A stretch of 62,123 nt of DNA from Octopus bimaculoides. Its lineage: Eukaryota. The position numbers were made by a program, and so were the translations under genes. The DNA lies in assembly GCF_001194135.2 (NCBI RefSeq), contig NC_068996.1:31915412-31977534 (forward strand), read 5' to 3'. Shown here one piece after another: positions 1 through 11,270 of this stretch (position 1 is the stretch's first letter; each line of letters opens with the position of its first letter). The notes beneath the pieces are model-generated. The model had not been told where the DNA came from. It saw nothing but the letters and a program-made list of their open reading frames with translations, and ran no database searches.

Positions 1-13
1 TTGGTAGTTGCTT

Positions 14-44
<31 letters not shown>

Positions 45-688
45 GCGGCCAGTGGGCAGTCCTTTTTCAGATGTGCCTCGTTGTTGCATAAGTAACAGCG
101 AGGCCGCCTGCCCTCTACCACCACATACAGTTTGTGTTCCTCCGCCAGTGTAATGTTTGGAGGAATGTTCCGTGAAGCCTCCTCCGTGATGTGGAGAAGG
201 ATTTCCAGATTCCCCCCAGTTCTTTTCCTCTACGACCGTAATTTCCAAAATATTTGCCTCATCCATTTCGAGGCATACGGCCGATACTACCCATTGGGCG
301 TCCACTTCTGATGGCACGTTTTTTATAATCACTTTGGTCACTCTCTGTCCAAGATAACTCGGTATCATCACCAAGTTATCTGTGCGGAGAGAGAGTGTCG
401 AAAATTGCTTCGCTAAATTTTCATTTATGAATCTCACCTGTACCGTGGCAAATTTCCGTCCCCACGTGACATGCTCTTGATGAGCCCATACAGGTTTAAG
501 ATACATCTCGATCTTATCTGTGCTAAAATTTTCTGCACGTCTGGTTTTTGTGTTTACCAGTTTATAAATGATGCATTTTTTGTTTTTTTGTTCTATAATT
601 TCTTTTGGAATGTTTATTTTAACATCATCGCCTTCTTTCGTAAGAAGGGATTTTGTGTATTTAATTTGTTGTTGTGTGAATGTCACTA
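1..688 (-). mobile_element. L1/Tx1-type LINE ORF1 (gag-like) fragment with CCHC zinc knuckle, frameshifted
   Basis: Minus-strand ORF KTRRAENFSTDKIEMYL...PSYLGQRVTKVIIKNVP. After a frameshift, 97->56 reads CYLCNNEAHLKKDC (CX2CX4HX4C). Homologous to the ORF1 at about 30880-31300, which lies upstream of an APE endonuclease. Confidence 0.7.
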
Positions 689-1499
689 NNNNNNNNNNNN
701 NNNNNNNNNNNNNNNNNNNNNNNNNNNNNNNNNNNNNNNNNNNNNNNNNNNNNNNNNNNNNNNNNNNNNNNNNNNNNNNNNNNNNNNNNNNNNNNNNNNN
801 NNNNNNNNNNNNNNNNNNNNNNNNNNNNNNNNNNNNNNNNNNNNNNNNNNNNNNNNNNNNNNNNNNNNNNNNNNNNNNNNNNNNNNNNNNNNNNNNNNNN
901 NNNNNNNNNNNNNNNNNNNNNNNNNNNNNNNNNNNNNNNNNNNNNNNNNNNNNNNNNNNNNNNNNNNNNNNNNNNNNNNNNNNNNNNNNNNNNNNNNNNN
1001 NNNNNNNNNNNNNNNNNNNNNNNNNNNNNNNNNNNNNNNNNNNNNNNNNNNNNNNNNNNNNNNNNNNNNNNNNNNNNNNNNNNNNNNNNNNNNNNNNNNN
1101 NNNNNNNNNNNNNNNNNNNNNNNNNNNNNNNNNNNNNNNNNNNNNNNNNNNNNNNNNNNNNNNNNNNNNNNNNNNNNNNNNNNNNNNNNNNNNNNNNNNN
1201 NNNNNNNNNNNNNNNNNNNNNNNNNNNNNNNNNNNNNNNNNNNNNNNNNNNNNNNNNNNNNNNNNNNNNNNNNNNNNNNNNNNNNNNNNNNNNNNNNNNN
1301 NNNNNNNNNNNNNNNNNNNNNNNNNNNNNNNNNNNNNNNNNNNNNNNNNNNACCCCTGGGGGCCAATTCCTGCCTTTGAAAATACACAGAAATGAAGCCT
1401 AGGTGCTTCGCAACAAAAATACTTTAAAATTCCAACAAAATGTGGACAATAAAAGGTCAAATAAACGTTTACCTCTGCAGCCGATGTGACAGCAAGTCC

Positions 1500-1500
<1 letters not shown>

Positions 1501-1570
<70 letters not shown>
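1501..1570. repeat. (GATA)n microsatellite
   Basis: Direct reading of tandem atag units. Confidence 0.97.
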
Positions 1571-1699
1571 GAATAAATAAATAAATGAATATATACGCGC
1601 GTGTGTGTCTATATCTATATAATAGATATAGATTTATATATATAAATAAATATTTGAAACTCTGAAAGAAAAGGAGAAACTATTTCAATTAATTCCGAA

Positions 1700-3830
1700 T
1701 TAACCTCTCAAAAGGATTTACAAATTTGAGAGAAAGGACACTTAATCCTTATTTGTAAACAAAAGACGACTGTAAACATTTGATCTAGGAAATCTCATCA
1801 AGAGAATATAGTCTAGCCAACTGTATTGTTTTCTGCAATAGTTTGATTAATCTGCTTCTGCAGTAGTTTTATTCACCAATGTTTGACACCTTACAGAAAT
1901 ACATCACTTTCACGAACCTTATGAAACATATTACTGCTGTCGACTTAAGAATTCTGGCAGCTGAAGGGTGTGTAAAGGGAATTAACGTTTTGATTTTTTC
2001 CTTCCAGTACAAATTTAGCTATTGGTGCTAGTTTTTTTATCAATTCATTGAAGGGTGTTACCATATGCTTATGATTAGAAATCAGGTGCTTCACCCTGAA
2101 ATTGATATTTTTTCAACTTCATGGTCTTCCCAACTACTTGAAACGTTTAGTGTATATGCGATTAAGGTGGGCTATGTTTATGGCGATATTATATTTTCCC
2201 TCCTTCCTATATGCTGAATAAAATATTCAGCACATTTAGTACTAATATACTTAAATTTCTCCTTATGTAGGAGTGTGTTCCTGTGTTACGCATTTTTGTT
2301 GAAAACTCAGCAAAATATTTTCGTTTTAGATTAAAATTCTATGTCACATTTTTCAAAGCGTCATTCCTTGCATGAATTTGTTGACAAGATTTGTTTAAGC
2401 GTTTCTTTTGCTTCTACTGATAACCGTTTAACTATCTGGAGGTTTTGCTTTTTCTTACTTTGAACAACATATTTTCCATTTTGCTCAATATCTATTCTCA
2501 TCTTTGCTTTCTTTTGAATGGCTTGTTGTCTATTTTTTCTCTTTTTACAGTATGAAGCTTGTCTGAGTATTTGACTTTATCAAGGTCACGTCTGGTTATA
2601 CTCAATACAACTAGTGCTGCTACATTAAATCATTCAGTCTGTTGATATTCAAATAGCTTTCTCTGTAAACAGAATTTCTTGTGCTCCGTTATATCTAATT
2701 ATTCTTCGTATTGCTCCTTGTTTGTTTTTAGCTTGAGTTGGTGGTAACGTCGATTTATGTTGTTAATGTTCACTTCTGTTTTACTTACTGCTTCAGTATT
2801 TCATTAATACTAACTCTCTTCGAAACACTGAGATAATTCATCCATTAATTTTTTGAAGATAAAAGACAAAGATGTATTTTCGCTTTGGTTGTAATTGAAT
2901 CTTTCCATAGTTACGTGTTTGGTCATCTTCTCCATTTTCGACTATTGTCTTCTTTGTGCGTATTTTTGATTTGCTGTGATGACCTGGATGTTTCTCTTTC
3001 GGTGGTTTCAGGAGTATTTTCTCAGTATGTTTATGTCTATATTATTGTGTAAGCCGTTGTCTCTGTATTTTGTGGCATCATGTGCTTTGAATGCGTGTAA
3101 GGTTCTGCTGTGATGCTTTCATTTCTTTCATCTTTTATATGCATATTCGTTACTGTAATTATTTTCAGTGCAGTACTTTCTACTTCTGGCATTATTTCAT
3201 TTTTATTATAAAAGTTTGTGTCTCAATAGTATGTTCAGTCCTTATGGGTAAGTCCTATAAGATCCCATAATTCTTATTTACCATCAGTCTCTGATTCGTG
3301 TTCATACCACTTTCCCGTTATTTTCAAAGTAACAAACTCAATTAATATACCCATCCACTCTTATACCTACAGAGTCATGCCTGTACTTTTAGGCTTTTGT
3401 ACCAGCTAATTAACTCAAGATGTGTTTCATATTTTCGACACTTTTTCCGCAAATTTTACGTTTACTCTGTTTTATAAGTTTGTCTTTATAAGTCTTTGTC
3501 TTTGTCATATTCGTGCTAATGGCTTGTTCCTAAGCAGATATACTTAGCACTTTGGTTTCTCGTTTTAGTTTCCGTCCATCAACCACAACAACAGTTCTTT
3601 AGTTCCCACATCCACGCTATGTTGCATGAACCGCCTATGTAATTTCCTCTCTTTCCAACTATTTGCTCTCTTGTTTTCCCTTCTATACTTGAATATTGCT
3701 TCAGTAATTTTTTAAATATATTTCTAGCTGCCGATATTATTCTTCTGCATTATGTACAACAGTTTTTTCGACTCATTATTTTCTGAAGTATCTTCTACAT
3801 TTAACAACCCACTGGCTCCTTTCTTTCTTG
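1700..3830 (-). mobile_element. Highly decayed LINE ORF2 (APE endonuclease start to RT N-terminus), RTE-like
   Basis: Interrupted minus-strand motifs occur in the expected order: LNVEDT..KKLLYIMQKNNIG (like TWNVRTL..K..L..M..NID) near 3820-3740; HEVEKI..GEAPD (like EVEKAI..GKAPGPD) near 2120-2080; DQMFTV (like DQIFTL) near 1785. Many stops and frameshifts. Confidence 0.45.
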
Positions 3831-4658
3831 GTTATTAGAGCCTGTTGATTTTTCTTTTACTGTTTTTCAGTGTTGTGCATTATGAGTAGCTTGCTAGTTC
3901 ATTCTAAGTTCTGTACCTCTGATTGCGTGCACACTTAGGATGGAAAAATCGCGCTAGATTACAAGTCTGCATAATTATATCCCAATGCGATTGTTGATAA
4001 CTAGTAGCAACTGTGAATATTTGATGGAATTAATTGGGTTATTTCTGAAAACTTTATCCCAAAACCCGAAAGCGAAGACTGTGTTATGTCTGTATCAAAA
4101 GATAGTCGCTCATCTGCTACTCATTGAAAAGTGAAAGAAATTGCAATACGAAGATTACTTAATGTACTTTATATATATACTTTATGCACAATTTTATAGA
4201 CTCATTACACAGCACTCATAAAATAAATATTCACTCTTATCTTTTCACTATGAAAGTTTTTTTTTATTTCGCGCTTTCACCCATACATGAAGGTTTTTGA
4301 AAATAAATTTATAGAAAGTTTCGTGAAACTTATTTTGAAAAATCCTCATGAATGGATAAAAACTCTAAAAAGGAATTATCTAAAATTCTGACTGTCTTCT
4401 TTTTCTTAATATACAATATCTATAATTCACTTTAAACATTCTGTACATGCATACATACATACATACATGCACAAAAACACACACTCACACACACATACAC
4501 ACACACACACATGCATACACACACACAGAGGAACCCACACATATCAAGAGACGATAGATGGCGTTTATACGACAGCTGTTTTGGTAGAATTTTATTTATG
4601 TAGTCATAGATTACATCATAACATAACATACACAACCTTTAGGTAAACTTTTAAGCAT

Positions 4659-4788
4659 GTAAGATTTCAAATAGGTAAGATTTCATACAACAACCCGGAC
4701 AATTCCAACGTCATTGGATTTCTAATAGTCCGATGATGCTGGATTTGATTGGGCCGATGTATGAAATCTCATCTATTTGAAATCTTAC
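4659..4788. repeat. 30-bp inverted repeat (fold-back)
   Basis: 4659-4688 gtaagatttcaaataggtaagatttcatac is the reverse complement of 4759-4788 at 28/30 positions. Confidence 0.92.
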
Positions 4789-4860
4789 CTGAAGATGGTG
4801 GATTATATGTTATTATGTAATTTATGAATACATCAATAAAAATCTACTGAAACAATTGTA
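4789..4860 (+). ncRNA. Type I hammerhead ribozyme-like motif (PLE pseudo-LTR type); stem I imperfect
   Basis: CTGAAGA at 4789-4795; stem II gtggatt/aatctac (4798-4804 with 4841-4847); GAAA at 4849-4852; C-AATT-G palindromic stem III; GTA cleavage triplet at 4858-4860. Confidence 0.55.
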
Positions 4861-5122
4861 TTTTTTAAATAACATTCGTTTTCTCTCTTTATACCTACGC
4901 CACACCTGAAGACAACTCCAGAATCGGATGTACGGTTTCATTTGGATTTGACACTTGCATATCAACAATATAGTATATTACCAACACTTGATACCTTCAT
5001 TATTGTTTGCCTAATTGTGAACTTGTATGGAATTAGTAATAATGGTACACCGCTCCTACGTGATGTGTGGAATGAGTATGTCACTATAAGTAAGGTGACG
5101 TCGGCCAGTATCGAGAGAATAC

Positions 5123-5207
5123 GTAGAGTACGAGAGTACGTAGAGTACGAGAGTACGTAGAGTACGAGAGTACGTAGAGTACGAGAGTACGTAGAGTACG
5201 AGAATAC
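5123..5207. repeat. 17-bp minisatellite (GTAGAGTACGAGAGTAC) x5
   Basis: Four perfect units plus one with a single mismatch. Confidence 0.95.
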
Positions 5208-5674
5208 GTGTAGACTGTGTAGATAATTGTGTCTGTGCTGATATAGTAATTATACTCTAATACTGAGTAGACGTTATAACGACCAACTTTTGAGGATAAT
5301 AACAATGTACGACTGGGGGTCGTACAGTGGCAGATAGAAACATCCTATTGACGAGTTTGGATTTATAATAGTATCTGTCAGGGCGACAACCGTCGTACAA
5401 AAACAGATACAACAGTGGCAAAAGACCGTTTTATAATAGTGGCGACGATGATAAACCAATTCACGCGGAGTTAATAGAAACTCGAAGAGAGGTTAATAAA
5501 CTCAAAAAGTTGGTGCATGAATTGTAGGAAAAAACGTAAAAGTATGGAAAATTTATTGGTAGGTTTGCTTGAGTTGCAGAAACAGTAACAACAACATCTG
5601 AAAGCAGAAGAACAACAGCAGGTACAACTGCAAGAGCATCAACAGAACAACAACAAATAACATTACAACAACAA

Positions 5675-6480
5675 ATGCAATTACTGAAGTCGTCAGGAAA
5701 GTCAGAAAAAGTGTTCTCGTCAGACTATGTCGCGAACTCCATAACAGAGTTCAAATACGAATCTGACGAAGGAGTTACCTTCGAAGCATACTACAGAAGA
5801 TATGAGCAAACCTTCGAGAAAGAATGTAAAGATTGGGACGGTGAAATGAAAACTCGCTTAATCTTGAGAAAACTGGTGCCAACAGAACATGAACGAAACA
5901 GTAATTTTGTACTCCCAAGAAAACTGTCTGACGTAAATTTTAATGACACACTAGATATATTGTGCAAGATTTTCAGTGAAAAAAGCTTCTTGTTCAACAC
6001 TCAGTGGAAGTGTCTGAACATAGAAAAAAAATAGTAACGAGGACTACATCACATATGCTGGTAGAGTAAGCAAGGAATATGAGAAGTTTAAGCTGGATAA
6101 ATTAACTCCAGATATGTTCAAATGCCTGATTTTCACACAGGGACTAACTGCAGAAAAAGACGCAGAAGTTAGAACTAGAAATCTCGCAAAGCTGGAACAG
6201 AACCAGGATGTAAGCCTACAGAAATTAACAGAAGAATTAACGACGCAAGGGAAATTGAACGGAAAGATTGTTTCCAATTAAAATCAGTGCGGAAGTGTCT
6301 GAATAGAGAGAGAAAGAGAGTGCTTTCTAAAGAAAAAAAAAATAAAAAAAATAAAACGAGAAACCTCAGAATATAAACCCATATTTTGCATGTGATGGTA
6401 TGCACTCGAGGAAAAAAATCTTCCATTTAAAAAAACGGAGTGTTTTCGTTGTGCAGAACGAAGTGACAAAAAGTCGGGAC
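5675..6480 (+). pseudogene. Gypsy gag remnant
   Basis: FEAYYRRYEQTF...KTRLILRKL..EHER..NFVLP...DMFKCLIFTQGL..KDAEVRTR, followed by decayed zinc-knuckle residues (CFRC). Confidence 0.75.
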
Positions 6481-6767
6481 AAAGAAAATAGAAATAGTTT
6501 TTCATCGAAAAAAAAAAGGGGTGGCAATACAACAAACAAAAATTCATAATACAGTTCTATATTTAAGAAATGAAGAATTATGTACATAATTACTGCTTTT
6601 ACAGGTGGGTAACAGACTTCAATCTTCATTCTCTGACTTTTGACTTTCATGAACTTCTTAATCTGGCGTGTCTCCACCATTTCAAATTCTTTCATGTACG
6701 ACTTTTCTAGATCTTGTACACAAAAAATTCATACATGTGTAAATTGAAAATACAAGTGGAAAATTGA

Positions 6768-7120
6768 TGTTCGGCACAGGTAGTGACATTATCATTATAA
6801 ATGAGAAAACGTGGAAACAAATCGGTAAGCCGAAATTAATAAGATCTAAAAAGGTAGCACATGGTATTATTGGAAAAAGATTATTTTATCGGTGAATGCA
6901 TATGTAATGTAACTTTTCGAGGTCAGACGAAAAAGACATTCACTTATTTTATTTGGCCCAGAGTGGATAGAACTATTCCGTTTATGGAATAAGCCCATAA
7001 GTGTTTTGTGTAAAAATATAGTTCCCTCAGTCAAAGGTTCAAATACGGCTGAGAGACTGAAACAAAACATTGCAGTAAAACAAGGTGCAATACATATATT
7101 CAAATCAACACGAAATGTAC
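6768..7120 (+). pseudogene. Gypsy aspartic protease remnant and start of RT linker
   Basis: GTGSDIIIINEKTWKQIGKPKL (catalytic DTG mutated), then KQGAIHIFKSTRNVPF. Confidence 0.7.
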
Positions 7121-7159
7121 CATTCGCGAAAACAATTGCTTACGATAAAAAGTAAATAT

Positions 7160-7498
7160 TGTTCACAAGTAGATGTTCCATGGTCGAGACTGCACATCGA
7201 TGTAGCTGGTCCTTTAAATGGTTCTTACTATTTAGTTGTAATTGATTCTTTCTCGAAATGGCCTGAAATTTGCAAGTATAAAAAAAAAACAACTTCCTCA
7301 ACTGTGATAAATTCTTTACAGAATTGTTTGCAAGATTTGACATCCCATTAATGATAGTGTCTGACAATGGAACGCAATTTGTGTCTAACGAATTTTTAAA
7401 AAATTGTGAAACGTTCGCGGGAGAACATATGACGATGTTGCCATACCATCCCAGATCTAATGGATAGTCAGAACGCTTTGTTGATACCTTCAAAAGAA
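7160..7498 (+). pseudogene. Gypsy integrase (rve core) remnant
   Basis: PWSRLHIDVAGPLNGSYYLVVIDSFSKWPE...IVSDNGTQF...PYHPRSNG*SERFVDTFKR. Confidence 0.9.
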
Positions 7499-7730
7499 GA
7501 TTATAATGACCCAACCTTTTGAGGATGTCGTACACTGGGGTCGTACGGTGCCAGACAAAAACATCCTATCGATAACTTCGGAATATAACAATATCTGTCA
7601 GAGGACAACCGCCGTACAAAGACATACAACAATGGCAAAAGACCGCTTTATAATAGAACTCTATGTTATCATACTATTTCAGTTGATGTGCTTAGATTTC
7701 TAATTCGTATATGTATATATGTATGTGCAT

Positions 7731-7788
<58 letters not shown>

Positions 7789-10529
7789 CTTGTACATAAC
7801 AGCTCGTCCGATTTTTCAAAGCTGTCACTGTTTCTTTCACATATCAGTGTATCCACAATCGAGCATCAAATTTCATCTAATCGCGAAATCTGGTTTCATT
7901 TCAATATTCTATTTCCTCATGAGATGTTTTCAAAGATATCTCAAATGGCATAGTTTATCTGTTGGGAGATTTTGAATGCTAAATATATCTCACTGAGTCA
8001 AAGGTTACACTTGAAACAGATATCGTAAACTCTGATATTGCATTCGAGTGCATTTTCGTGGCACAGTATATATTGCGGTAAAAAAATGTTTTTTCATTTC
8101 CACAGATAACTTTTCAAAAGGTATCTCATTAGACAAATAATTTAGTTTGTAAATATGGACATTTTTAAACAGTTTAATTTATTTAGATAAAATTTCAGTC
8201 AAATAGAATATGTTATCGACACACTACGAATAACGGCTTTTGAAACCGAGATTTCAAATAGTAAAACAACTCAGAGAAACAAAAACCAAATATTTACTAA
8301 TAATATCAGAAATTGATACAGTATGGTAACAGTTATTATTGATATTCTGTCATTCTGTCTTTTTACTTCATTTGAAAAATCGCAATAAATATGTAAATAT
8401 CAATAAATAATTAATACATACTATCATTATTTTGAGATAATTTTTGTGATGTTTATTGGTAGAATTGGTGTGGTAAACGATGGTGTTTGTGTCTTGTATT
8501 ATATTGTTGACAGTGTTACTGCTGTGATTTAGTAACAGGGCAATCACAATTAAGTAGACATATGAGAAGAGGCATCCCAGTCATGTATATTCCAGTTCAG
8601 AAGAGTGCCTAAAAGTATGCGAACATTATTTTTCTTTTCATAAATTATGGACAGAGGATATAATTTCAATGGCAATTAGCTTGTATTTCTAAGATAGGTG
8701 GAATGATTTTATAGAGGCTGCATTAATGAAGAGTGTTATAAATGTGGTATATATGTATTATAAGTATGGTAATGTTAGTGAATGTATGATAGCGTTGATG
8801 TGATATATAGTAATGCTGTGGTATAGAGCAGTGTATGCATGTGGTATATGGTAGTGTTAATATGTGCTAGTGTTGGTATGTGGCAGATTGTAGCGTTGGT
8901 CTATTGTAGTATTGCATCGATGAGGTGTATGAGAGATTTGACGTTGTGTATAGTAGCGTTGGTGTCGTTTACCGTATTATTGGTATGGGCTGTGATAGCT
9001 TAGCATCAAGCATAGTAACGTGATTTATTGCATGGTAATGTTGGTGTGATGTTCGATAGTGCTGCTACGCGGGTGATGTAAATGTTTGTATATGGTAGTG
9101 TCGGTGTGATGTAGGACAAGGATTGTTTGCAGAATGGTTATTCTGGTCAACTTTTATGGTAGAGCTGGTGTAGTGTATGTTTACGTCGGTATAGTAATTC
9201 CAATGTTGACTTATTGTTAACTCATGTTCGAATATGGCATGGTACAGATTTTGTGTTGTGTAGTGGTATCGATATGCTTTATGATAGTTTTATGGAAATG
9301 TTATTGTTTTCTGTAGTTATAAGATAAGCCATATTTTTGGTGTTTTAAAAGTCTTATCCAGTAGGTCGCTTGGCATGTTTAACAATCTTTATACTCAAAA
9401 CAATAATTTTTAACTTTTGAATATTACTGATGTATTCAAAATTCCAGACCATTTTATTTCTTACTTCTCGTGTTAAAACAATATATTTTAAATTGCCCAA
9501 TATAACAAAGTTGCTTACTTTTTAACCATTGATTATATGAGCAAATCCATTAAGAAACAAAATATCTATTCGAAGACTCAGATCCATGTCAGTATCGTGG
9601 GTTGCTAAAAAGAAGGACTATTTAAATTACAGGAAGTGGAAGAATGACCAGTGTCACTCAGAAATGAGTCTAGAGGAAGCTATTTCTGAAAGATAAGGTT
9701 GAGGTAGCGAAGACCTACATCGTCTACTACCACCCGACCATTCAGCTTTGTCCTACTCCATGGTTGATCAGACTGGCACGCTTGTACTTCCACTTTCTGT
9801 CAAGATTCGCTACGCGGAGGATTATATATACCGTAGCTAATGAAGTATCGACAAGCAAGGGTTCTATGACACCACTGACATACTATCCCAAACTATTTCC
9901 ATCTGAGGTTATATAGCTATCACATCTGATAAACCTTCACCAACCTTTGTGCCTAGTTAGATACAACTTGTCAATATCGCTTATTGGCTGAAGTACTCCA
10001 TGTAACATGAGTAGTCAGGTCTTTGTAACTCATCTTTTCTCCAACTGTTAATAATTGTACCATGTATTGATTATTTGAAACCTAATTAATAGTGACAGAA
10101 GCAGTATTAATGCCAAAATGTAATATTTATCTACACTTAAAAGTGGATGCTTGTGTTAGAACACAGAATACTGTATTATCACAAGTTTCATGTGAACTCG
10201 TGCATATAAGCACTCGTATTTATGTAGTTAGTAGGAGATAATCGTCTGCTACTGGTAGTTTACTAAATTAACACCCTATTATTATTTGATTTTCCTGTCA
10301 GTACTCGATCAGGACCTGTAGTTTGTTGATAAAAAATATATAAATGTCATCAGAATATGTATTTGATACCTTTTCGAGTCCATTACTTTGAACAGTATCA
10401 TCTAGCTCTGCTGTTTCCAATTCATTCTCCTGTAACACATCTTCTTCACCTGAAGTGCTCGACACTTTCTTTAATTTGTCTCTTCATAGCTTCAAGTTCA
10501 TGCTCAGGCAGCCCCTCAGTTTTAATTAG

Positions 10530-11060
10530 TCTGTGCAGACGAAAACGAGCTGGCTAATCCGTTCGAGAGGACTTTCCGGTCGGGAACTATCATGTATAAT
10601 TTCCAGATGTCCTTGGCCTCGCAGTACTACCTAGAGACGGTATAGGTTCGAGATAAACTTTACAGGAACAGATATGCTGTCAGACGGGCTTGTCCGAGGT
10701 GCGCGCAGAGTGACGAAACCGTTCAGCACCTACTCGTTCAGTGTTCGAGCATTGCTGACTTGTGGGGTTATGTCGAATAGCTGCTGTCACGTGAGGGACA
10801 GATTTATCAGTCGGCCGAGTTCGTAGTGATGCTTGTCCCGCCTCCCACCTTCAATCGGGTAGGCTGTGCGAAAGAGGTTGTTTGATGGCCAAGACTGAAA
10901 GGCATGAGGACAGATACATCTGGTAGAGCTCTCATTGACTTCTTCAAGTTTTGCTTGAAAAGGAAATTGCGAGTGGAGAGGGAAGTGCTGTCCTCAAGTA
11001 AGTCTATTCAAATTTGGGTCAAAGTAGAGAAAATGGCAAGAGTGGATGGTACCTCATCAA
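10530..11060 (+). mobile_element. L1/Tx1-type LINE ORF2 3' fragment (zf-RVT)
   Basis: NFQMSLA..VRDKLYRN..CPRCAQSDETVQHLLVQC..LWGYVE, then LIDFFKFCLKRKLRVEREVLS..W. Confidence 0.8.
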
Positions 11061-11212
11061 GCATCCAATCAAGCAGCCCAAATGATGGTATGAGTACCGG
11101 CACGACAAACACATTGTGAGACACTGTTTTATTGAATGCAGAGAGTTATGAGGTTCAAATTTTCTTTATTTGGCTGTAATATCCATTAGTGACACATGTT
11201 TTGTTACAGCTG

Positions 11213-11270
11213 CTATGTGTGTATGCATGTATGTATGTATGTATGTATGTATGTATGTATGTATGTATGT
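11213..11270. repeat. (ATGT)n microsatellite
   Basis: Direct reading. Confidence 0.95.

Larger units (their letters stand above)
5273..7655 (+). mobile_element. Ty3/Gypsy LTR retrotransposon (K02A2.6/Mag-like), internally deleted and non-autonomous
   Basis: Diverged direct repeats at 5273-5438 and 7499-7655 with gttataa...ttataa ends. PBS-like tggcgacga at 5440-5448. Internal gag, protease and integrase remnants; RT/RNase H absent. Confidence 0.85.

Noticed and set aside
5123-5207. CRISPR-like appearance of the 17-bp array
   Set aside because: Units are contiguous with no spacers, there are no cas genes, and the context is eukaryotic.
5763-5770. CTGANGA heptamers inside gag (5763), the MULE ORF (about 45865), the MULE TIR (about 46385, 46430), the PLE ORF (about 19805) and at 14149/14159
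   Set aside because: No correctly placed GAAA/NUH and stems; expected by chance.
5260-7665. Target-site duplication for the Gypsy element
   Set aside because: Flanks (gtagac / gaactc) do not match.
9540-10100. GC-richer segment resembling a LINE remnant
   Set aside because: No convincing protein motif in any frame by eye.
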